Positions 52,215 through 64,000 of a stretch of 64,000 bases of DNA are shown in pieces. The stretch's first letter is position 1, and the number at the start of each line of letters is the position of its first letter. A model generated the notes under the pieces. It was not told the DNA's origin. It ran no database searches and saw only the letters and a list, made by a program, of their open reading frames with translations. Made by a program: the position numbers and the translations under genes. Location of the stretch: NCBI GenBank assembly GCA_904063045.1, contig CAJFCJ010000021.1:806001-870000 (forward strand), given 5' to 3'. This DNA is from Dimorphilus gyrociliatus. Its lineage: Eukaryota; Animalia; Annelida.

Positions 52215-53418
52215 GAGAGTGAGAGTGAGACACACATGAAAATTCAATCCAGTATATATACTATAAGTTATACGATATATACATTTTTGTATGAAAATGA
52301 GAAAAGGAAAAAATAGTAAAATAGAAAAACAAAACTCATTTATTCAAAGTGAAAATCTAAAGGAATATATAAATAAGAGAGAAATAACAATAGATGTAAC
52401 AGAGATATTTATACTTGAAAGTTTTTGGAGAAACCTGGAAATGTATGTGAATATTCATATCATTAAAATTAAGACAACACTAATAATTATGTTTTAAAGG
52501 GAAAGGAATGACTGTTATACACACGTATATTCTCTATATACAGTATCAACTGTACAACACAGAGAATAACGAATGTTATAGTCTGAAAATATATCACACA
52601 AATGAGAAATATAAATGAAGAAACGAAAAGGGAGAAAGTAAAGATTATCATAAAAATTTTCGCATATTTTTTACTTTTTTCTTTTTAAAAAAAAAAAAGA
52701 AAAATAAAAAACAGAGAAAAAAATTAAATTCGTATTATTATTAAAGATTATTGTTGTGATCATTTCAGGAGGTTACAAATTATTCATTACCACTATGGTA
52801 TTTTCTTACGAATTTCCTGTTTCATAATGAATAGTTTGCGAAAGAAAAAGAAGAAAGAGAGAGAGGGAGAAATGAGTGCTGGTAGACATATACTAATATA
52901 TATACATATATATATATACTGTATGGACGTATTGACACGTTTCTACTACGTACAGTATGTATACGAGTGTCGGTAGCAACAGCCACTGAATGAATAAGTG
53001 AATATAGAGAAGGAGAAAATGACTCTATAAGCCAAGTTGAATATATCTTTATACTATAGGGAACACCAAATAGAAAGAAGAGAAAACATGTACACTTCTA
53101 ATTTTCTTTCAATAAAAAACACTTGTGTTTAGTTTGTCTAGAAAAGAGATTAAGATAATCAAATTTACCAACTTTTATTGCCAAGAAAAAAGCCGAAAAG
53201 GATATCTTTAGGGTAGAAATATCGTTACAGTTTGAAGGGTCCTTTTCACTGACTGCAAGGACTGTTGTATTTGTATGAGAGTAACCATCGTGAAAACTAA
53301 TCGTTTTAGACTCTTTATAAACTCATTATATCAAATATATTAAGTATATAGAAGGCATATATTTGTTGTTTATACTGTGTATGTACATATATTTTATACT
53401 ATGGATATAGTACATATA

Positions 53419-53460
<42 letters not shown>

Positions 53461-55452
53461 TTAGATAAATAATTTATTGCACGAAGACTATGTGACGTAT
53501 ATTTGAAAAGTAAAAGAATTTATTTTAAAGACTATTTTCAGCCTGTAAATTTTAAATTCGTTGGTCTATTTTATATTGATTGACATTTCCTCTAAAAGCC
53601 GCAAGTCTGTCAAGAATTAATGGATGAACATTGACTACAGCATATATATTTATTTATATGGTATATATATATATATAGTATATAGATATATATAGTGTAC
53701 ATACATTATATATGTAGATAGTCGTATATACTCATGTAGTATATCAAGTATCCATGCCCGACGGCTAGAAGGATTGTATTTGAAAAACAAAGGACAACCA
53801 CAAGGTAAATTAAATTCTGAAATTTTTACCTGCGAAAGAGAATAATTCTCTTCTTTAGAAACAAGAAAATAATAATAGAAATCGGTTTTGTTTCATTGAA
53901 TTACATCCTTTATTTAAATTTTTTGTTTTTCTTCTAAATAAATCTTTCAATAGGATCGATAAATGAGGAGAAATAGCAAAAAAGTATAAAGAAGAGAAGA
54001 GACTAGACGGAGGGAAAGAGAACAAGAAGAAAGACAATTATAAATGATATGAAAAAATCCAATAAAATAAAGAAAAATAAAATGAAAAGTTTACGGAAAG
54101 AGCTGACAAAGCTAATTTATCTCAAATTGAAAATAATTTATATTGAACTAATCGTTGTGTTCCACGAACCTTTATATAAATATATATATATATATATACT
54201 GTATATATACAGTATACTGCCCTATATATACTGTATATAATTTCAAGTTCTAGTTTTGAACATGTTATATATTTCTATAATAAGGAAGAAGCACTCTTTA
54301 CTCCTTACAAATAACCGTAAAAGTTTCATTCTTGTAAACTATTTAATTAGCATCCAATTCAATAAAAATCGATTTTATATCAAACGTAATCAATACTGTG
54401 GCAAATTCTGCATGCTGGCAAATATTTTTCAGCGGCACAGCTGCTTTGTTACCCAGAAAAACTGTCTTGTTTCTCCTTCTTTTTCCTCTATTCCCTCCTA
54501 TCCGCTTTCCCTTAATTGTCCTTTTCCTCTCTTCTTTAATTCCTATTATATAGAGAGTATATTCTTTGTTTTTTGAATATTATACATTTCTTTGTAAGTG
54601 TCTCTATTTCACTTACTCATTTTCTCATCCACCCACCCACCCACTCGCTCACTCACTCACTTACTTTGCTTATTCTCTTTCATTCATTCATTCATTCATT
54701 CGTCAGTTCGTTCGTTCCTTCTTCCTTCTACTCCGTATCCTTCGTAGCAATTCCCTTTTCTTTTTATATTTCGTTACATTTCATTTTCATCTTCTTTTTT
54801 TTATATTCACCATAAATTTAACTACTTTTGGAACAAATTGAATTATTGTTTCCGTTCCAACTGGTTGAGTATGATGGTTTTTCCAGTTCCGGTTTAAAGC
54901 GTGAAAGATTGCGTAGCTACAGTATACTATGAACTTTGAATTGATTATATTCGAATTCATGTTACAGTGTTATAGTTGATTAAATGAGCACAAAAAGTAC
55001 GTATAATTACAATAATATAATGAAATACGGACGATAATAAGGTAATGTACATTTTATATTTATTTTAGGTCCTTTTCTATGAATGGATTAAATAGTTTTA
55101 ATAGTCCTATTAGAGGCTCTTTAGCTATTTCTTTCCAATATCTCCCTTTGTTTACTCTTAACCTTTACGCTTACGATAGCGTAATAAAAATAGAGGGAAG
55201 CTGTCTAAAAGCTCTAAGTATGTTCTCTAATAGAGAATCTTCTCTACTGCTATTTATTGTATTTGTAGGGGAAATTAAAATATAAGGTAAAAAAAAAGAG
55301 GAAATGAGTGTAAAAAAATTTGGCCTAGACACAAAATGTAATTATTCAAGGTATGTAAAACTGCCAAAATAGAATACACTCCTAAACAAAGAATGACGTT
55401 GTCTTATTTCACAGTTATGTTTTTTGCATGGTAAATGGAAAAAACGAAAACG

Positions 55453-55497
55453 TTCTTCTTCTTCTTCTTCTTCTTCTTCTTCTTCTTCTTCTTCTTC
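55453..55497. repeat. (CTT)n microsatellite
   Basis: Visible trinucleotide run of about 15 units. Confidence 0.9.
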
Positions 55498-58400
55498 TCT
55501 CTATCCATCTATCTATCTATATCTTTCTATATATCTATATATCTATCTATCAATTCTGCTTGTTTTTCTTTACCGTAGTAAATACGAAAGTATCTTGTAA
55601 AGTATTAGAAGCTCATCAAACACAACACTCGAACCATGAAATGAATTGCATATTTTGCAACTTTAAGGTAAGCTTTTATAGGAGAAAACCGGTGGAGACC
55701 AGAAAGCTAAACAATAAGAAACGACAATACGTTTGCACCATATAGAACTCTTATCTTTATAAACAAATAAACACTTGTAGTTTTTATGATTATTAATATC
55801 CAAGTTTTAATTAAATTAACAATACTTAACATTATTAAATACGTATATATCAAATATATATATATTATTACATATACTATATGTATAAATCTTGTTCTAT
55901 TTATGCTAGTAAATACAATAAGCCAATTGTTTTTTATTGTTTCCACTTACTTTTTTAATTAACCAAAAAACAGAAATTTGGAAAAAAAAGGAAAGATACA
56001 GAAGAAGATCAGAAGAAAAAGAGAAGGAAGAGTGTAGGAATAATAATAGTAACAAGGATACAATAATACAAGTTTCCGTTCTAACGTGGTAAAGCTACGA
56101 CTATTTGTCATACTATCTTTCTTTCTCTCTCTCTCTCTCTATGCGAATAAATATCCTAAAAGAATGGAATGAGCGAAAAAATCGAAAAGAACAAAAGAAA
56201 AATTGCGTAAAAGAATTTTTTTATTGTTTGTTCAGAATAAAAAGATAAAGGGAGAAAAAATAAAAGAATGGAAAGATAATAAATTAATAAACCACTTAGG
56301 ACGGTAAACGGCGTTTCCGTACCCTTTTCTCTCTCTCTCTCTCTATCTGTATATCTCTTTCTCTATCAGTCTTATATTTTTTCTTGTATATAGGTAAATA
56401 GATTTTAAAAATAGCCTATATTTAATACTAAATATTAAGCAACTCAATATGGTTTTTTGAAAATTAAACGGAATTTCTATCAATTCCTGCGCTGATAATC
56501 AGCCTAATTTGATATAAAGTTACTTTATTTAGTTATATATACTGTATATGTAGTGTATATATACATATGTTTGAATATATCTATAATATATACATATCTA
56601 CTTTCAATCTCTACGTTTTTTATATTTATAGTTGCGTTTATGTTTTGCTTTTCTAGCCAACCGTCTATTACACTTTTGAGGAGAAAAAGAAGCGGATGGG
56701 AGAGGTAGAAAAAGAAACAGAAAGATTATTCTCTTTTCAATTCCGTAGGGTAATATTATGTAATAAATAAAAATCTATACAAGATTCTATTGTGTCTTTA
56801 TACTTTTTTATATTATTAAATCTCTTTCCATTTATACAAATATACAGTATATAAAGTATATATAATGTATATATATATATACTTTATATACTATATATAC
56901 TGTATGTCGTATACTATTCAACACACACCCATATATATATTATCTATATACAGTATATACACAGTATATCTATATATATATTATCTCTTTCATATACATA
57001 TCCAGAACGCTTTTCAAGAGACGCCACTAGACTGTCTGTCACACTAATTGACGGCTAGTGAATGTCGTCTCGACCGTGCGAGTGGAATAATCGATATCCT
57101 TTCGTAGAAAAATCTCTTACGAACGACACCAAAAAACTTCTACAAAACATTAAAAGGCTAAAAATAAAAACAAATAAAAAACAAACAAACAAATAAACAA
57201 ATAAATAAAAACTTTTTTTTTTAATAGATACAAATAAGTAGACTAGAAGCTGTATAATTAAATATTTTCTCTTGTCTTTTTCTTTTTTTCTCTCTGCAAC
57301 ATCTTTCCTCGCCTCTACATTTCTCTCTCTCTCTCTCTAATTAACAAAACCAATAATTATTTTTAAAAATTATCAGCTCTGCGCTTTGTTCGATTCTTCA
57401 GTGCTTTCATAGCAGTTATTGGAATTTTTCTTACCTGTATAGAGATTTTAAAATTTCAATATATGCATATAATAATCCCATGTATTATGTATGTGTACGG
57501 AACTATAAACAGAGAACAGTTCATTCGATAAATCCATTGTATATCATATTTAGAAGAGTTGTATTAATATACTATTATAATAAATGTAATATTTTTCAGA
57601 GTATGTCGAGATTATATGAACAAACAAATAGATATGATATACAGTATATACTGTATATATATACTGTATATATATATATTGTGTATACCGTATATGTATG
57701 TTTCTGCATATGTTTTATGTATTACTATATAGTATATAACCCTCTTTCGAATAAAGCTCAATACATTAAAAAATTATCTTTAATTAATTTCAACTACATA
57801 AACTTTATCATTTCAAATATGTTCAATATGCATATCGTATGAATAAATGTTATAAATGTTACCATATTCTTTCTCATTTTCACTTTCTGCCTCTATTTCT
57901 GCCTCCGTCTCTTTCTCTCTACTTTCCTCCTCCCTCTGTCTCTCTCTCTCTCTCTCTCTCTCCCCTCTATAAACCCCCACCATCTTATCTTGAAAAGCTA
58001 TCGAAATGAACGAGGCCTAATCTAGACTGCTGGTCCGAGGTTTCGCCGTAGGCCTATTACGGATGTCAGGAACGCTAATGAAAACGGATTAGAGGCGTTT
58101 GATATTTATAGTTGAGTAGCGGTGTTGATCTGTCAAGAGGCGCTGGCGCGTAAAAGATGTTTAGTCATGCGGAAGCGGTCCTGTCCGGGGTGACAGTGAA
58201 AATGGGAAATAGAATATGGAAAGACGCCTTATAGGAAAGCTAAACGTTTAGCATGTCGAAGAGAGCAATTAACGTTTAACTAGAAAGCAATGGAAAGGAA
58301 AAAAAAGAAACGTCCTCTTTTGACGTCGAAAGAGGAAGAGAAGAGAGTATAGGAGTGTATGATATGGGAAGAAAAAAATAATGTACAGCCACCACTAATC

Positions 58401-59313
58401 GAAAAATAAGGATCGGTAGAAAGAAAAGAGAAGATGGAGACAGAAACATAAAGAAAAGGTTAACAAGACAAATTTGAAGAGGCTTTTTAGTTTCCCTAAT
58501 AAAGTATTATATAAAGCTAATCGATTGTGTAGATTATATAAGGTCAGTGCTAAAAGGTCAACATCGTTAGGAGAAATACACTTGAGTTGCTTAGCTATAG
58601 ATGTAAATAAGATAATATCTAGGGTATTAGAGCTAACTTTTTCATATTTATATAACTTAATTTCAATGAATTTAAACTATTTTTACTAATTTAAAAGTTC
58701 TATACGAATGAAAGAAAGTAAATGAACCTCTCGTCTAAACGCAATACATTCTATTCAACAAAAGATACGCAAACACACATTCTATACTTTAGCCTATACT
58801 TTTACATCATCTTTAAAGATATCTTTATCCTTATCTTTTCCTTTCTTTTCCCTTCCTTTTCCCCACCCCCTCTCTTGCGTTCTCTATCTCGCTATAATTA
58901 AAAGAATAGCCAATAGAGACTGCAAAAGTTGAAAGTAGAGGAAGAATTATTAAAAGAACAATCTGTGTGATTTCTTCTTAATCCTTTTTACGAATTCTAA
59001 TATCTTTTTCTTATTATCTAGTTGAATAAAATTTCTCTTTTTCCTCCTTTCTTTCTTGTGTGTTTTTTTTTTATTACAGTGATAAATTAATTAGTTGAGT
59101 TATTCAGAGTAATTAGATTCTATCACAAACTTTCCAATAAATAATAAAGCAGAAAGTTCAATTGAACGTCTGAATGGAAAGAAAGCCGCTGAAAAGCGTA
59201 AATGAATGGTTTTTTATGGTCAACAATATTATTCTACAGACTGTACTCGAAAGCTCCGCTCTCCCATTTTTCCACCTGTAAGCAGAAAGACAGAGAGGGG
59301 AGAGAGAAAGAGC

Positions 59314-59318
<5 letters not shown>

Positions 59319-59396
<78 letters not shown>
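59319..59396. repeat. Compound (AG)n then (TAGA)n microsatellite
   Basis: Visible runs. Confidence 0.9.
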
Positions 59397-62300
59397 CGTT
59401 AAACAACACGACAAATGAACATCTAAACGTATGTATAATTTTCAACAAGAGATACATTCAGAAATTAGTGGAATACTACAATAAAGTATATACATCATGT
59501 ACATATTGAATGTTTACATTATGTTAACAGTACACAATGTGTAAATTTATTTATTTATTATTTAATTAAGTATACGGTCAATTCCATGTAGTATATTTCT
59601 CGCTTGTATAGGAAACCATAGAAATATGACGACCTGTTGTCAAGGAGCTGTAGCGTGATGAAGTCTTAATTAGCTCAATGACATGTAATATGTACAAAAA
59701 CTAGGACTACTTTTTATTGGTTCACCCACAGACCCCACCAAACAAATTATGGAGGAAGAGGATAAGATGCTATAATTTTTATATTAGTGTGCTGTATACA
59801 GTATATATATTTATATAGTTAATATTAAATTATTATAAGTTTTATGTGATGAAAATAAAAATGATCTTCCTCCGTCCCCTTCTCTGTCTCTGTCTCTCTC
59901 TCTACCTTGCTGTATATACAAGTCTATCGAAATATTTTGGTCACTTTTCATTAAAAAGTTAAATATTTAAAGTCTTGGAATGCAAAAGAGTGAGAGAGAG
60001 AGAGAAAGAAAAAAAAACTTACAAAATACCATCTATAGGACTATTTACATTTTATTCCAAAAATTTCTCTTAATTACCAAGTAAAAGGCTATCATATAGA
60101 ACGTAATACTCCTTAGAGATTTCAAAACGAGCTTTTAAATGTTTAATTAATCGCCTTTTCTTGATAAACATTAACGTTGTATTGTATTCGCTGCTCTTTT
60201 ACAAAACGTTTAAGAAATATATTAGAGTTTATTAGGTTTTTTTATTATTATCATTTATTGAAAATGTTTCGAAGAATAGCATTTTCTTAACAAGAATTAA
60301 TGGATAATTTATCATTAATCAAAGGAAATCTCTCTTCAACAGTTTCAACGATTAAGTTTAACGATCCAATAAAAAGTTTTTTACTACCAATAAACTCTAA
60401 CAAATTATATCAGTTTTACAAAAACTCTTCTCTACTTTTATAAAACAGGCTTATTTTCGCCAGGTTCATGGTTATTATCGGATTATTGTTAATACCTGAC
60501 ATATACTATTTCTAATTTCTAGGAATGTTCTTTCCACTTTTCAGGTCTACCTCTTTTAGATGAATTCTCTGGCAGTATGTATACAGTATATATAGATCTT
60601 TACAAGCGCACACATATGTATATATATTTTACTTTTTCACTGTTTAGTCTAAGGCATTAAAGTGTATAAATTGTATATTTAAGTAAATGGAATTTTAAGT
60701 GTTAAATGCTCAACGGCACCAAGGCTACAATTTGAAATATCTAAACAAGAAGGATTTCCAATAACAAATCTTTCAACAAACTCGCACATGTTAACTTTTG
60801 ACAGAAATTTTATATTTAAAGATTTTCCTTTCATTTTCCTCTCTCTCTCTCTCTCTCTCTCTCCTTTCCCTAACCTCGCTCTGTCATCCGCAAACATACC
60901 TATGTAGAGCGTCCGTATTTTCTTCAACTGCAAAACTGCCTATATAACCCTAGGTAATGAATTCCATTCCTTGTTCCATTTACCTCTAACAACTAGTAGC
61001 AGGTAAACAAGAAGAAAATATGACGGGATAAACTTAATTACTTTATTTATCAAACATTTCAAAAAACGAAAATCTCATCTAGCGGAAAGCTGAATAACTG
61101 TGATAGGGAAAAATAAGATAGTTTAAATAGATATATATAGGAAAGAAACCTAACTAATTGAGAATGCAAAATAGCTTGCGCTTGTTTGTTTTTTTCGAAA
61201 AGTTCTTTTCTTCTCTTCTCAGATTCATCAAGATATTCCAGAGATAAAGTTTCACAGAAATTTGTACAACCTATTTTATAATACGTGGAAAGGAGCGTAA
61301 CGTGACTGTTGAAAATATCATAAAAAAAGACTGCATTGATCTATAATGCAGGGCTTTATAACGAAATATATAAAGTTTACGTAAAGTAAATCATATAGAT
61401 GGTCATGTGATAGTAAAGTAATGTAAAAATTAAAAAAAATCTCTTCCTACAATCTCTTCAATTACTTTTAATTCTGAACATAGATGTTGGGTATATACAT
61501 TGCGTAACGTTCACGATGAATGAGAGAGAGAGAGAAAGAGAGAGTGAGAGGAGGGGACGAGAGAGTATTGGACGTGAGGTGATAGTGAGCGAGAGATAAA
61601 AGGAAACACAGAGCGAGGTAGAGAGAGAGAGAGAGAGAGACAAAGTAAAGAAAAGAAAGAAATAAAGAAAGAAAAAGTCTAATTAGTTTTATAGATAATC
61701 TGTAATAATCTACTTATTCAAATTAATTTAACATGAATCTTTAGGTCCTTAGGTGCGGATAGTGGTTCTTGTAAACCATTGTTAAAAAAGATAATCTATT
61801 TAATGTGTAAAGTATTTTATATATATAAACGATATATGTTTGTGTACGTGTACTCACTTTAATAATACAAACAATACAACTTCATGCATCTAAAAGATGA
61901 CTAGTCTTCTCTCTTTAAAGTGATATTCGTACTACTTACGTCTTTTTATATAAACAACTATGTTCTTTCATTTTCGACTACAGCCAACACCCATCCCCCT
62001 TAATATTCCTTAATATTCTTTATCATAAAATCTTCCTCTTCCTCTTCCTCTCCTTCTTTCCTTTCTCATACTTTCTCCTCCATCATTATATACACAAAAC
62101 AAGAAATAATATACAATATTTATATAATTCCTCTCCTAATAACAGTAATTGCATTGAATTTATTATTCGAGTAAACATCTTAAGAGCACTCAATAGTTTA
62201 TTAAGAGTTAGAATGCTAATTGTTTATGATATTATTGAAGCTGAAACGGTCGCTAGATGGAGTAGTTCGACAAATAAACTTTTTTTAATAGATTGCCAAG

Positions 62301-63295
62301 AAAAATGAAAAGTAAACGATACTCAAAGTTTTCTACAATTTCACCTTTTGTTCTTTTATATATAGCCGTTAAATTTGAATAACTACGTTATTTATTCAAC
62401 AATGTCTGTTGGAGACCGTTTTTACTGCGTACATGGTTACAGTTGTCTTGTTTTAACACTAAAATTATTCCAGATCGGGAGACAATCTTACGGAGAAGTA
62501 GGGGAGGGGAAGAGAAAATAAAAAGGCAGCAAAAATGACAGAATATAAAGGGATATTAAAAACAAGGCACAATTGATAGGAGAGAACTAAATACGCAATA
62601 TAAAGTTTATATACAAGTCTACCCCTTAAAGGAAATTATGTCAAAATAGACGGCTTAGAAGATCTGACGTTGATATGATAGGTTTGAAAAAATTACAGTT
62701 CTCTAGGCCTAGCTATTATAAGGAATTAATCCTTCTAAGAAAACGTCAACCGACGCACAATAGCGTAGTTTATTTTTTAGATTATAGAAGAAAAATTGTT
62801 AATATTCTTGTGAACGAAGAAGAAAGGATTCGTTTGTGATTTGATTTATGTTCTTAACCCTACAAACAATCTGTAAAGACTGCGAGAAAATGTTTTTCAA
62901 CTATCAATCGTAGAACCACTTGATACGAATGAAAAATTTCCTAAATGGGACGTCGTAGGGAGATGTGAAGTATAGTAAAAAAGACGAATGCTTCTAAAAA
63001 TAGAAAAGAGACGCTCGAGAAGATTATCTTTGTATCACATTAGACCTACAACGAACGAATTTCCCAACATCTGGATGAAAGTTAGCCTTTATTATGTTTT
63101 TTCTTTCGTATCACTGGCTAAAGGTTAGCAGTCTTTTCTGTAGCGAATAAGAAAATTATCTCACTATGATAAACACTTGTATAATTAAATTGGATAAGAG
63201 AATTTTTGTAAGGCTTAACATTTGTGGACATTTTTTTCCCTCTATACTATCGTTATATGTAGTATAATAAGCTTTTTCCTTTTGTTTTCTTCGTG

Positions 63296-63460
63296 TTCTC
63301 TCTCTCTCCCTCTCTTTCCCTCTCTCCTTCTCTCTCCTTTTCAGCCTTACCTCCTCTTCTCTCCTCTCCTCCTCTCCTCTCCTCTCCTCTTCTCTCTTCT
63401 CTAGATATCTACCTCTCTCCACGCATCCAAGTATCTATCTATCTATCCGTCTCTCTATCA
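63296..63460. repeat. Long polypyrimidine low-complexity tract (CT/CCT) followed by (TCTA)n
   Basis: Visible; explains spurious ORFs 63156-63493. Confidence 0.85.
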
Positions 63461-64000
63461 TTAATACTCTCATCATCACTACAGAGTCATTAGCGTTATC
63501 GTTATTGTCATTATCGTAAACTTTTTTGTTATCCTTTTCGCTTTTTCAACATTCTTCGATATTAATTTGACAATTAATTAGTTAGATTAAAATATTTCAA
63601 AAATAAGTGAAATTTGTTAAATAGAAAATTAAATAAGCCTTAATAGATATATTGTTAGAAACACATCTGCCAATTACTGTAGACATTTCTCTTTTTAATT
63701 AAGACAATTAGTATGATTCTCACTCACTCACCCTCATTCTCTCTCCCTCTCTCTCTCTCTCTCCCTCCCTCCCTCCCTCCCTTCTTCCCTCCCTCTTTGT
63801 CTCGTCTTTAGATTTTCGTAAAATCCTATAAACGCGAATGACAGAAAGAGATAAGAAACATGCTAAAAGGACTAAAACGAAGCATTAGACACCCCACACT
63901 CCATTTAAAAAATACGATTACATTTATCATCGGAAATTCTGTATATAAAAAAGCAGGTGAACAATTCCTATAACCAATTCTATATAGTTGATTTTTTTTT

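Noticed and set aside
32730-63493. The many 60-120 aa ORFs in the track rich in SL, YI, ER or LL runs
   Set aside because: Translations of (TC)n, (TA)n, (GA)n and (CTT)n microsatellites or low-complexity AT-rich DNA, with no domain signal.
1-64000. tRNA, rRNA, snRNA, CRISPR arrays, intact transposase or reverse transcriptase
   Set aside because: No tRNA A/B-box cloverleaf, repeat-spacer periodicity or DDE/RT ORF was seen; small or degenerate ncRNAs could be missed by eye.

Overview
AT-rich, microsatellite-laden eukaryotic (animal) genomic DNA. There are no prokaryotic features, CRISPR arrays, tRNA/rRNA genes or intact transposases. Five intron-containing genes can be rebuilt exon by exon with consistent splice phases: the 5' end of a uridine-cytidine kinase (minus, runs off the left edge), the NEDD8 E2 UBE2F (plus, 179 aa), a compact Caskin (minus, 698 aa), a KDEL receptor (plus, 212 aa) and a D2-like dopamine receptor (minus, 424 aa, 7 coding exons). 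The remaining ~31.6 kb (32419-64000) has no recognisable coding sequence and looks like the receptor's 5'-UTR intron(s) and regulatory landscape. Several 59-121 nt introns suggest a compact invertebrate genome; a small-genome lophotrochozoan/annelid is a guess only. Best leads: (i) about 40 TA-CAG-TA/TA-CTG-TA motifs matching the canonical Tc1/mariner excision footprint, concentrated in the receptor locus; (ii) Asp-to-Glu at the catalytic-base position of the kinase; (iii) a Caskin with no SH3 domain; (iv) a candidate in-frame 21-nt microexon and recursive-splice-like sites in the receptor gene; (v) a pre-miRNA-like hairpin and a TATA/Inr/CRE promoter candidate far upstream. All counts and alignments were made by eye.
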